A DNA stretch of 64,000 nt. It comes from Paragordius varius (lineage: Eukaryota; Animalia; Nematomorpha). Position 1 is the first letter of the stretch. Each line of letters starts with the position of its first letter. The stretch lies in NCBI GenBank assembly GCA_964247055.1, contig OZ176055.1, forward strand, positions 5,642,001 through 5,706,000, written 5' to 3'. Position numbers and translations under genes: made by a program. Shown here in pieces: positions 38,299 to 52,100 of this stretch. A model generated the notes under the pieces. It was given only the letters and a program-made list of their open reading frames with translations, was not told the origin of the DNA and made no database searches.

Positions 38299-40720
38299 AT
38301 GGTTTCACGTTTTCCCAATGAGTTGAGGCGTGTTGAGCATTGGCTCACTTTTTCCAGGTTTTGGTGGCTCTTTGATGCCTCACATCAGACTCCTATTGCC
38401 ATCATTAAACGAGTATTACCTGTTCTTAAAGGCGAAAACAAGCCGATATATTCGCGAAAAAGTATTCAGATATTTTACGCAATATTTTTAAATCATTCCA
38501 CAAATATATATTAAATAATTTTAGATGATGTTGGGGATCATGTTGTTATATATAATACAAAATGGTTAGCTCTTAGAGGGGAAGCTTGGCGGTTTCGGCA
38601 TTACTACAGTCACTCAGGATATCCTGGCGGAATGAAGTTTACGCCAGCTTGGAAATTACACGAAACAGATCCTACTGCTGTTGGTTTTTATCTATAAAAA
38701 TTTATCTAAATTTCGACAATAATAATGTCTGAATATATATCAATAATTGTCATTTATTATATTTTATTACAATTTTTATTATTCTAAACTTCTCCTTTAT
38801 TAATAGTTTACAATTAATTTGAATAATCATAATACGCTTTACTAATAATAATCTAATAATTTAAAATTAATTATTTAGTAACATTGCAAATTTTTTATTG
38901 TAGTATATTTGTATAACCTAAATGTTAATTTAATTTGTATTTATCCTAGATATTATTGATATTCATAGATTGTTAAAAAGGTGATATACAGTGCAATGTC
39001 CAAAATTGAACAAAGGCCAACAATCATGACCCGTTTGCATTTATATGCCGAATTGGTAATTTTTTGCGTTATTTTTTTTTTACTTTTTAATAACTTAGAT
39101 ACGATTACGAGAAAATATAAATTTAGCTATTTCTTAAACATAAAATTGCTTCCAATGCAATTATTTAGATATATAATATATATATACAGATATTTAAAGT
39201 TTGATGTTCCTCTTATCGTTAATTGTATTTCATTTTGAATCTTATAATTTTAAAATAAAAGATTACAGATTTTATTGAATAAAATATTCCATCTTTGTTT
39301 ACTTTATTTGTCATCAAGAACGAATATTTTATGTAAATAATTTAAAATCTTGTAAAATTTATTGAATTATACAATATTCAAAAACTTTTCCATACATGGT
39401 AGTATAATTATTTTTAATAAAAACTATTATAACAATATTGATAATAAAATAATTAATTTTACCTCAAAAAATTGTTACTCATTTGCATCCGAATAGTTAA
39501 TAATAAGTTTTTAAACATAAAATTATATCTACCGTAAAATAATAATTTATTGTACATAAGATCTTGCTAAAATTCATATCTATATTTTTCCAGGGGATCA
39601 AGCGATCCTTCCGATTACCGTTAGAATAATCGGCTAGATAAAAAATTAATTTGCCCTTCTGATTATAATGAACTATTTTTACATCCTAGTGTATAAAATA
39701 TAACCGCTAAAACCATCTTAAACATGAGTCGCTATCCGCATCCATGACCCTTATATATTTTTAAACTTTTTTTATAAAAGTTGATTAATATTAAAATTTA
39801 TAAATATATATATATATATATAAAGATTAATACTTTTCCGTAGATAAATGAAAAAATTAATATGATTAATTTTCATTTTAGCATCACTTTGGGCTTATAT
39901 GAGCGTTTCACAAATTAGTAAATTAGGCTTTGTATTCTCACTTTTTGCAAATATATCTTAAAAATTATGGGGAGGAATACTAATGACTAGCCTGTGCGAT
40001 TTTTAAGCGCTGTTTATTTTAAAAAGCAAGTAGACAAATTTATTCGATTCAAAGAATGATATAGTACGGTCACCTTGACCGCATGAATCCTGATAATCTG
40101 ATCAAAACCTCATTCGACATCATTTAACCTGCGAACAATAATCTCGTTCGTTTTCGTTTAACTTGGGCTAAAAAAATGGATTTCCAACAACTCAAACTGC
40201 TAAAAACAAATTGTTTTGTTAAAGAACTATTTGATAAAAAGCTGGATAGTTTACGATGGTGCATCATTAAAACTGATTGTTAAATAACAAGACGAATTAT
40301 ATATGTGTCTAATTAACCAAAAACATAAAAAAATTCATCCTCGATGATTGTATTAAATTTTGAATAAATATAAAATAATAAAATTATTAAGCGCACGAAA
40401 AAATAATATTTTTTGGTGTAAAAAAGGTGATAATTCAAATTATGATCTCTATATTTTTCTCAACAATAATTAAAATATGTTACGGTTATGACCTTTAGAA
40501 AGATGTCCCAGAATCTATTTTACAAAACATATCCGGACAATTGCGCCAAATTCTACCCATACCCAAAGGTCTCCAAGATTATACAGAACAAGAAAAGGCA
40601 GAATTTCCAATTATTTGGCAAAGGTATAATTTTGAATTTTTTTTTATCAAAAATATAATATAAATTAATTTACCATTATACATTTATTTTAGGCCAGTGG
40701 ATTATTGCGAAGAATTATGA
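38299..40720 (+). CDS. MRPL13: Mitochondrial ribosomal protein uL13m; join(38299-38461, 38525-38679, 38969-39055, 40499-40623, 40693-40720), 185 aa
   Basis: W.TFSRFWWLFDA, GDHVVIYNT, YYSHSGYPGG and DPTAIVKKVIYSAM..RLHL motifs typical of uL13m; all junctions GT-AG and in phase. Confidence 0.93.
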
Positions 40721-42163
40721 AGAATGTTACTCAAAAATTTAATTTAATAAATCATTTGTATAGATTTATTGATTTTTGAAATGAATATTTCGGTATTTCA
40801 AAAATTTTGTTTGTGATAAATTTATTTCGTTATTTTATTATGGATAATTTTGTTTTAAGTTACATAACTCTAGCTGTTCGCAATATTACCATTTTTTCGG
40901 ATTCTTGGAGCATTTTATCCCAAAATTACTTATTGAATCAAATATGCGTTTTCGCTAATTACAAACAAAAACTTTTTATGTGAATATGATGCATTGTATA
41001 TCTAACTTAGAATGGTTGGAATAATAATTAATTTATAACTCCGCCAAACGAAGCCGACCACGTATGCGGTGATGATAAGAGTAGATTAAAAGGTTTGAAT
41101 GTTGCGGTAAGATATAGAAAGAAAAGGAAATCAATAGTGCAAGCTATATCCAAAAAGCTGTTTTTGACTTAGAAATAACCAACCGCTCAATATGATTTAG
41201 TTCATGGGTGTCCAACATGCGGACCGTCCAGGGACTGCGAAAAATTTGAAAAAAAAAGAAACAAATAAATAGCATTATATGTGAAAATATCTTAGAAAAA
41301 TAAAAAATTTATTTATTCTGCATTTTCTATATTTGGTTAATTAACACAATATATTGCTCGGTAAAGCGTCATATTAAGGCCGTTAACATTTATAACATGG
41401 ATTTTTTACCTATGATTTTTTAAGTTAAACAACATTGATTCAAAATTATATAGACGATAACCGTAAAGATAATCAGCGGATTAATTTTTTTCATTGAAAA
41501 TAAACCAACTTCTTAATAATGTAGGGAAATCTATATATTTCCTTCCAAATTTTGCCACGAATATACAAAATTTTAATTTGTTCGTATTTTTTTTACACTT
41601 CATCGATTGAAATATAATAAAATTTTTAATGTTTACAACCCGAATATTTTCAGCTGAAAGTGCAACCTGTATCATATGTTTGGGGACTCCCTAACTAGTT
41701 AGTAACCGTTTACTTTATAACGTATTAAATGCCTTGGTAAGTTTTTATCAAATATTTGAATAAAGGGACTAAAACAGGTGATTAATTTTTATCAATAATT
41801 TACAAACTTATTTTCTTTTTAATATTTTTATATTTACATTATAAGTTTAATATAAAATATGGACACCACTTGCTTTCTAATGGCAATATGTGGGGGAATA
41901 GGGTTGGAATTTTTTCTTAAAATTTTATATCAAAACTAAAGAAAATGGATATTTAATAATTTTAACAAGCTTTGATAATTTGAATTTTATGACTGTGAGT
42001 CAAAATTGTGCTGAAAGGAAATGAGGTTCAAAATATATCTTTTGTTTCAATACATTTTTTAATTAAACAACATAAAACCGAAATTTGAATGTAATATATA
42101 TAAATTTATTATAAATATTTATAATGATTTTCAAGAAGGTTGGTGTCAATTGCTTTAAATTCT

Positions 42164-43301
42164 CTAATCAAATAACCCTAAAATAGATAAATATATTATA
42201 AATATTTCAAAAAATTATTTTTAATCAAAAATGGGTTTTTACCGAATCCCATATCAGCATCCGACTCTTCACTCTCCTCTTTTTTAGCTTCTTCCTTCTT
42301 TCCACCTAAGTTTAATAAAATAAAATTAATTATATTTGTATAAAGTTAACAGATGTTGTATAATAATAAGAATACAATCAACATATCCAAAATTTAATAA
42401 TTATTGTTATATGTAGATTTCCTTATAAATCAAACAAAATGTTTGACTATACGATATACTACAATGTATATATAATATAATGATATATACAGAAAAAATT
42501 TTTTTTTTGTTAAAAATATCATTTTTTGAAATATAACTTGCCTACAAAAAATGCAAAATAAGGTAATAGAAATGTAAATTGGTAACTTCATTATCGCAAT
42601 CGTAATTGGTGTATGCAGTAAACATCGAGGTTTAAAAAACAGTGGTCTCTTTAAAAAATTTCTGTTTTTAGTTTTTACGCTTGACTGTAAAAATTTATTT
42701 TTTACGCTAAAAGATTACCTTTTCCACCTTCTTCTTTTTTATCAGAGGGGGCGGCAGCAGCTTGGGGAGCTGAGGATACCCCACCAATTGGCCCAGCTGA
42801 TACACCGGAACCCATGTTAGATATCAATTCCTTAACATCAACATTGTTTAAGGCTTTGGCATAAAGAACTAATATTATAAAAGATAAGTTAAATCAAATA
42901 AAAGTAATAAAAGTTTACCGCTGCTTTAATTGAAAGAAAACAAGAAAAAATATATATTTCGTTAAAATATTATTACAAATTATTTGATTGGCTATCAAAT
43001 AAAGAGACAAAATATACATACCACTCCAGAATGGCTCAATCTCAATTTTAGCTGCTTTGACCAATGTATTAATTTTGTCTGCCTAAAAATAATGTTAATT
43101 TATATATGGGAATTTTTAATAGTTAATTTAAAAATGGGAATAAAATTAATTTGATATGCCAAAATCAATTTTTTGAATCTAAAAATAGTTCAAAAACTCA
43201 ACATTTGGTTATTTAAATTAAATAATTTATACTGTAATGGCCACATTGTCGTCGGCTAAAATAAGGGAGCTGTATATGCAAGCTAATTCGGCTGTTGCCA
43301 T
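42164..43301 (-). CDS. RPLP1: 60S acidic ribosomal protein P1; complement(join(42164-42177, 42243-42305, 42719-42868, 43022-43082, 43233-43301)), 118 aa
   Basis: MATAELACIYSSLILADD...EPFW...KKEESEESDADMGFGLFD C-terminus; phases consistent. Confidence 0.96.
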
Positions 43302-44656
43302 CTCGTGAGGAAATATGGGACAAAAGGTTTTACACCTGATTTAGTAATTAAATTTATATTTTTGTGGAAATAGATATCTAATATTTAAAAAAAAAATTCA
43401 ATATATAAGGGGATCTACTTAATGTCTGCCTTAAATAAAAAAAACATGGAAGCACGCATAATAACTTTTATTTAAAAATCGACAATATTTTAAAGTTTCT
43501 GGGGCAACATATAATTTTAAGGTGTCTATGTACTTTATACATAATATTCCATGATGATGATGATATTTTTATTAAAATTATACAAAGAGAGCTAACTTTT
43601 AATGTAAAATGTATCTATATTTACACCAGCGATACTCAAACCGCGATCCACAGGGCCACATTGCCGTGCTATGTTGGCCCTGAAATATTATTAAATTGGT
43701 TTGGTAAGATTGCTAAGAATAATTAATTCTTTTTCAGTATGCCGAATCTTTATTTATGTTTTATAGTATTTTGAATAATTTTTGATATGGTAATTTCACA
43801 ATTATAATTTAAAAAGAACTTCCAAATTTTTCGTAGAAATATGCTTCTGTGGGCATCTTTTACACAGGGTCTAGAAAAAATATCCTGATAATAAATACGT
43901 ATACTGATAAGAAAAGGTATCATAATGGGGCTTTTGGTTGTGGCTCTTACAAGTGAATTAAGAAAGTTATTTACGCTTTTTCCCGTAAGTGCTCCATATA
44001 TGAAAATGACAAAATTTGCACACATTTTTTCAAATCAAAATATTCTGTGTAAGCTAAACGCTTTTTCCCCAAAATCTATGCCTAAAATATATTATTAACA
44101 AATTATAAAAAGCAATTACTTATAAGCTTTTAAAATAGCTAGTAAAGGCAAAACCAGATTTATCGATAAAAATTTTAGTTGTATGCTATATTTTGTAATC
44201 AACTGAAAGTATTTTTTATTTATACTTTTTTCAAAAATTTAATTTCTAAAAGTATATTGTTGAAGCGTTCTTCATACATTTTTGAGGCATGATGTAAACG
44301 GTATTGGCACTTGATATATTATAAAAAACTTTTTATATATAATTTGATACCACTGAACTCTTCTATCCCCCAGAATTTTAATTCAAATATTCCTTTGAAG
44401 ATTATGTTAAATATAAATTGTTTTTTTCCAAAAATCTATCCAAATTTTAAAGAAAACAAGCCTTTAAATTAAAATTTTGCGTTGAAAATGTTCACTAAAT
44501 CGAATTATGTAGAAAGTTTTATTATAATATTTTAAAGCGTTCATATATCATTCTAATTAGGCCTAAAAATAATATGAAGTACGTTTCAACAAAATTTTGC
44601 TAAAAATAAATTTATTATAATAATTTTTTATGATGCCAAATTTAACAATTAAACAG

Positions 44657-44810
44657 TTAATTAAAACACATTTATTTCAGTCCTTAAATTCAAATTGGGG
44701 TAGTTGGATACCTCAGACCTGTTTAAAATTAAATTCTATAAAAAATATGGAAATCGAAACCATGGCAAAATTTTGCACTTATAGAACATTAATAAACCCA
44801 AATATCTAAA
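44657..44810 (+). mobile_element. MITE family A 5' fragment
   Basis: AACACATTTATTTCAGTCCTTAAATTCAAATTGGGGTAGTTGGATACC matches the family A left end. Confidence 0.75.
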
Positions 44811-47800
44811 AAAATAGAACGAAAAATTTGGATTTCGGAAGGGACATCTGAAAATTAAAATATTTTAATAATAATTTTTTTATAGGTAGTTTATCTAATA
44901 TTTGAGGGATAATTTTTTGGAATAAAATATTTAGCTTTCATTGAAATTTTTTTTAATGATATTGCAAATTTGTCATTTTCTGATATGAAGTTCTTACCAT
45001 AAAAGTGTAAAAAACCTTCTTATATTACTTATAAATTAAAAGCACCATGATAAATCCTCATACTTCATATCAAAATATATATCATCAGGTCATTTTTAGT
45101 GAACACTGTGCGCTTTAACAAAACGCTAAAAACTAAATTTTCAAAAATTATATAGTTTTAAATATTTTTAGTTACTATCAAAGTTTAGCCTATATTTAAA
45201 ACTTTTATCGACATATACACGGCATTTTTGCAATTTTATGAGAACTGGCCGATTTTAGAAGAGCGAATATGAAACTTTCGGAGACCTCTTCTGAAAATTA
45301 AAATTTTCCACGAATATTGTTTTATTTTTTATTTATAGTTTATGATATATTTAAAAGATTTTTTGAAATAAAACATTTATAAACAAAAATTTAAAAAAAT
45401 ATGTCCCAAATTTTGCCTTTTTCTGATATGGAGCACTTGCCACAAAATATAAATCTCTTTAATTAGATCGGGCCCAACCCAAAAGTACCATGATAATCTC
45501 GACATTTTCCTATCAGTATATATATATATATATATATATTAATAATATTTTTATATCCCCGATTTCGGACGCAGTGTTTATCGATAATTATTATAATTGA
45601 GAAAAATCGCAACGTATAAGGGTATATAATAACGCTCCATTACCTTTTGTTGTTGTTTTATATCCCAAAGTTGTGTAAATTTTAATATCCTTAAAAGTGT
45701 TTAAGGTATTCAGAATTTAAATATATGCTTTCTTTAGCCTTTTAGGTGCATTAGAAAAAATTTAAAATTGTAAAAATCCTGATCTCAAACTTTTGCAGCC
45801 ATTTTTTCTGTAATTTTATAAAAATCTCTATGCAACAGGCATTAAGAAAATGTAAATAATTAATTTTAAAAAGGTTTCAAGCTACATTTCACCAGGAAAA
45901 AACATGGTTTTTGATATCGGCTCTTAATTTCAATCGTGTTTCATATCTGTCCCGATTTTACACTCTAAAAGTCACAAAACTGTAAAAATATAATCTTTTT
46001 TATCCACATGAGAACTGTTTGATTAAATTTTAACTAAAAGAACTCATAAAATAGAGTTCATTTACAAAATTTGGCTCTGAGATATTAAATGCCTTTTAAA
46101 CCAGGAGGAAAAATTAAAAAGGTAATGGAGTGTTAAGCAAGATGTCACAAATAAACATTAAAATCTAAATGGCTGAAATTATCTTTATTGTTTTGCAACT
46201 AACATCGATGCGGCATATATAAATGTGTTGAAAAAGATAGGTATATGACATAAGATTGGCTTATTAAAACCAGATTTCTCAAATTATTGATTAAATTTCG
46301 TTATCTGGATATTTGTTATGTAATATTTGTCGGCATTTATTATGGCCCTTCACATAAAAAAAAATCATTTCGGCTTGTCAATTTTTTTCGGTGAATACCC
46401 TGTTTTCGAATCAATGCAACAGCTCTAAAATAAGATTGGATTAGCCAAGTGCCTCTCAAAACGTAGAAAAATCTAGGAAAGGGGGGTGCTAAATAATCTA
46501 GAGAAACTGAAAATTGAAAGTCAAATAAAACTAGAAACAAATTGAAGGGTAATGTGAATCTTATGGGCAAATTAAGAAGATTTGTCCCCGATATGGAAAA
46601 AATATTTCAACAATTGCAGAAAGGATCTCATTGATTATGATTTTTATAATATTAAAATGTGTGTGTGTTATGAGCTAGCAGCGTAACGACTCTTAGCTTT
46701 CTGATAAATAAGCGTTATACATTCCAGACGATCTTGAGAATAACTATTTGAGAAAGGATAAGGTTTGTAACTGATTTAAGGACAGCAAGCCATAGCTTTT
46801 TGGGGCAACTTCTTCATTCGAGTACCATCGATCAACCCAAGAAGAATGTTTTTTTTTTCAGGGAATCAGATCGTAAATCTTTGCATTTCTCTCTTTTTTT
46901 AAGAAGGGGGAGGAATTTTTTTCAATTTGATGGGGCGTGAACTAAATAAAGTTAGGAACCACTGGATTAGCTGAATTTAAAATCAATAATTTTTACTGTA
47001 AAATCTAACCTTAAAGGGTACCATAGTTAATTATTTGCACTTTTACCATAATTTTATTTACCCATTCCAACGATAAAGTTAAGGATTTTTTTACAATTTT
47101 CATTTTTTTTAAAAAATTATAAATCATAACCTTAAAAGTATAGTGAGCATATCTTTGAATTCGGCCTAATACCTTAATGCTTTTTAAAATATTTAAATTT
47201 TAAATTGTTCTGGGACATAAAACTATACCAAAAGCTGTAAATCGTTAAAAAGCAAATTTATTCATATTATGGTTAAAAAATGTAAATAATTAACTTTAAA
47301 AGCTTTCAGGTTAAATTTTTCCAGCAAAAAACCTGAAATTTATTCCTTTATATCAGTTGTTTTTAATATTCGGAGCTATTTCAATTTACATTCCAAGTCA
47401 AATAATCAATGTTAGATATTTAAATTTCAACCAAAACAACTTTGAAAACAGTAGTTTATTTACACTAAGCTTGGTAAATGTAATCATCTACAAAAAATGA
47501 AAAGGTAATGAATTGTTTAATTTAGTATAGATATATATGAATAATATATTGGAATGAAGCATTCTGTTTTCACCAAAAATCTATTTGACATAAAATGCGC
47601 TATTTTTGCTATATACAACAGAAATATATTTCTAGGATTTGTGATAAATGAACAGTGAAAAACCTGATACTTTTATACTCTCTGATTTTGTGCACTCTGT
47701 TATAATATATTAAAGTTTGGAACCCTAGATGAATTCATAAAACATCCCCCTTGTGCCAGCATTTGGCTCTAAAATGCTGGCCTAAAATTTCAAAACTCCG

Positions 47801-49121
47801 AATCTAAAAAACTCATTACAAATCTATATGTATATCTCCCAAAATCTATAATAATCGAATCCTTACAGAATTCTAAATATAATTGCCGTTGATCATTCTT
47901 TAGATCTGAAAAATTAAACGGTTTGATCACATCCACCATAGACCATCAGATAATTATATTTAATAATGATGCCTTACTTAACTAAAAAGAGCTGACTCAG
48001 GACTACAAGTGACGTTATTTAGGCCAAAATAAATAAGAAGATCCGGAATAAGTGATCAATAAAAACCCTACTAAATTCAGCTACCTACAGGTAAGAAGAC
48101 CCACTGTGATAATTTCTTTAAAAACAGCGTAAAAACGACAAAAGATTAGATTACTTATCAAAATTTGATTTATGACATAAAATAAACATTTTTTCTGGTG
48201 TATATAACTATTATCAAGTTATGACATAAAGAACGTTTATAAAATAACCGTAAACTCAGGTAGAAATAATAAAATATTTTACAAATATAATTTTTAATTA
48301 TGTAACTTCAATCAATATGAGTATCGGAGAAATTTATATGATAATCAAGTTAGTTATTTGGAATTATAAAAATAAAAAAGACCCTTATATAATTTTCAAT
48401 ATAGTTAATGGATTATATCACATTTCCATCATGCATCACAACCGTATAAATTAAAAAAGCTTTGCATCATATTCGATAATCATTTCAGATTAATTGGTAT
48501 AAAATCACCGTTAACAAAATACATATATTTTTAAAACTAAATTAATTATTTTCCAATATTACAGTTGTGTATTGTATGGATATAATATGTGGTTGGTGGT
48601 AATTAGGCTTGTTTCCTAAAATAAAAAAATATATAGTATAGTTGAATGTCTTTAAATACTTTATGTTAAAATATACATTTAATTTATCAGCAACCAAAAA
48701 TTCATAATGCTATTGAAAGCAATATATGTTCGAAAAATTAAAGCCAAAATTTATTATGTTAATACATTTTTAAATATTGGGATGCAATTATATATCTAAT
48801 ATCTATATAAAATAGCTCTATAAATTTAATGGTTATATCAACAAAATCGATATACAAAAATTTTAAAATGGTCAAATTATGACCAAGGGTGTCTAATATG
48901 CAGCCCTTTGGCGAGAAATTTAAAAAAATACCAAATAATTTTTTAATAAAAAAATGGGATATGAAATCTAAGTAAATTGATATTTCATAAATAAATTTTG
49001 GCAATGAAGTACAAAAACTGTTCAAATAGATGCTAAATTTATTATGTTCGTATTTTATATTTTTATGTTTAAAATCTATCAAATTTTTTATTAATGCCCA
49101 AATATTTATCGAATAAACCCA

Positions 49122-52100
49122 TCAGATATTTTGAAGTAAGAATGCGCTCTGGCCATCTTCTGCACTCCTGACAAAATTTGATTTTATAATTATTTGAGTA
49201 AACAAAAATGTTTTTTCGTTTAAGTAAGTTTAGTTGATTTTATTAATTAATGCAACATTACATTGATTATCGGTTTCACTATAAGTATCAATCATCCATT
49301 TAAATCATTATTTCAAAAATATTTTGTTTAAACAACATCTGTCAAAAAAACCATTTAGTTTTACTAATATGGCCAACAAATTTATTGGTCATCTAATTTT
49401 TATGGCATAAAAGCCAAATTAAATATAATATATTGTATTAAACAAAAAAACAAATTTTAATTTAAAACGAATTATCAAATCATACTTTCTTTCTTGAGCT
49501 AAAGAACGTAACAAACGATTTCCAGTAAAAAAGAGTAGAGGCCCAAGTAAACTCATATATCTCAGCGTTGTAAACATATCCAATTTCAACCAAAACAAGA
49601 AGTAAAGCCCGAATATAGCTAATATAGCGAAAAAAATAATGTGAAAAAATTTTATTAACATATATAATTAATAAATTCGAAAAAAATTACCCGCTAAAGT
49701 CAAATGAAACAAGAGGGCCCAGGGTGACAAAATCATTTTGCCCAAATTAAATCCGGTTCTATTCCACTATGTAATGTGTAACATATAAACAAATTATAGT
49801 ATATGATTAATTAGGTTTAAACCAAATTTTATGCGATTAATTAATTTAAACAAAAGCGTTATATCTAAATCATTAAAAATTAGCAAAATGAAAAATATAG
49901 TTTTGATAAATTCAAATATTATGTATTTTGAAAACAATGATATTGAAATGAAAAAACTTGATTGTATGCTTATAAATAAATCATGTAGGCCGTTTTTATT
50001 AGTATAGAAATTTAAAAAATATAAAATTACCAATATTAGGAGTAGTAAAAATGGTAGAATCACAAGACCACAAAATATCAAACTGACAATTTTGGGTGGC
50101 CTAGCTTCGGGTGTCTTGAAAGTATGCTAAATATATCAAAATTAAGTGATTTCAAATAAAAATGATTTCAATAAAACAGTGTGACATCTTACATTCATCA
50201 AAGAATTCAATTAATTTCGCATTAAAATATTTAGTAATAAATAGGCTAAGATACAATATCCTTAATAAGTAAATTGCTAAACTATTGTGAAAAAAATTCT
50301 AAAATTAGAAGCTGGGACTAATTTTTTACAAATCAAAATAAACATTTCTTAGCCAAATTAACATTAACTTTAATATTTTAGAATCAAATAAATATATTAA
50401 ATAATAAAACATTTATAAAACAGTTATAAAATATGAGATTTCTAAACTTATTTTAGGTTGTTACCTTTATTTCTGGTTTTGGTTCATATTGCTTCTCCTT
50501 TTCAGCAAAATATTTACCAGATGTGGTGGCAGTTGAACCAACAGGGAATTCGCATTGTACATCCGCTAAATGCCAATCGATTGAATTAGATATGGCGGAA
50601 TCACCAATCACCAAATGTAAGGCGTAAGCACCTGTGCTCAACAATTTACCTGTTTTGCTGTCAGTTTTCTATGGCAAAATGGTTGAATATAAAAATTATA
50701 AATCTATTTATTATTTAAATACTAAACTATATTTAAAGTCGTCCCATTGTAGTATCTTTTTAATCGATAAAATAAAATATTTAAAAAAAATAAAAAGATG
50801 TACCGCTAGTTTACGAGAAATTATTATTAAATAAAATATTTGTTCTCGTAGACACTATTATTAATTGGCATGCCAATTCATTATAATCTCTAAAAAAATG
50901 GAGAAAATATTGAATATTAACTACAAAATCAATCGGTTTATTATAATAAAATTCTTTCTTACAATATCAAAAGTCCAAATTTTGTGATCAGTCGATTTTT
51001 TGGCTTCGGCATAAAACGTAACTTCCCCTTGTTGATTGGTGCTGCTGGAAAATGTATTAGGGAGATTGGGCTTAAAAATAAGTGCAATTTGTTGGGCATT
51101 TATGTCCTTGTTTGGATCGGCTTGTGAAACGATGCGAAACGACAAACTCATCTCTTTGTCAGGTAGTATGTTAATTTTGTTGGCTAATTTGGTGTAAGAG
51201 TTTGTATCCAAACTAAACATAAATTATATATAAAGGATGCGCATTAATCATAGTGTGAATGAAAAAAGTATGCGACAATAATAAATGGTAATTCCAAAAT
51301 GTACCTCAGAAAAAAAAGATTTTGGTTGCATTTAAATTAGTTAATTTATTAATGGGCATGATGCTTAAGTAGATAAATTTAAAACAGTTTATATAGTTTA
51401 TTAATAAATTTTTTAAATTACGGTCTAAATAATATTTGATTTCATGTCAAAATTGTGGATAGCACCTAAACTAAACATATCTAATATTGAAAAACTTACG
51501 CGTGTTTTTCATTGTTAACCATAATCACAGCATCACTAATGGATATTTTGGTTGTCAACTTTAATGTAATACTCCGAAGCGTTTCCAAACCAGATTTGGA
51601 TGGTACCGTCAATCCTAAATAAATCACACAGTTTATGTTACAAATTCATCTTTATTTTAAATTTTTTTTAAACCTACTATTGACTGTTAAATTTTTTGTG
51701 AAAAAGTTGAATGAAAAAAAAATATTGAAAAAAACCAAAATATTTTTTCCCAGCCATAGGTGGTTCTATCAATTCGGCCCAAACCTCGTAAGTTTGCCCA
51801 GGTTGAAATATATTGGCTTTATAAGCATTGAATTGGTATTGGGTGCTAAAAAAAATTAATTAACCATATTTAAAGAAGAATTCTGATAACTGTTTTTATG
51901 AAAATTTGAATATGTTGTTAATGTGGCAAATTCGAAAATATTTTAATAACCAATATTGTCAATACACATATAAAAGCTAAAGAGCAAATATTGACGAATG
52001 GCCTCAAAAGCGCACATATAGACTATATGTATGATATAAGGTCAAATTATATGCGAAGATAATAGGTTATAAATAGGTAACTAAGTATGGCAATATAAAA

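Noticed and set aside
41203-41872. Buster-type hAT MITE starting CATGGGTGTCCAAC (similar lone ends at ~36618, ~43628, ~46960, ~60040)
   Set aside because: Opposite TIRs and TSDs are too degenerate to delimit.
46340-46900. ORF 46340-46570 and neighbouring GC-elevated sequence as a gene
   Set aside because: No splice-consistent model or motif; probably decayed transposon interior.
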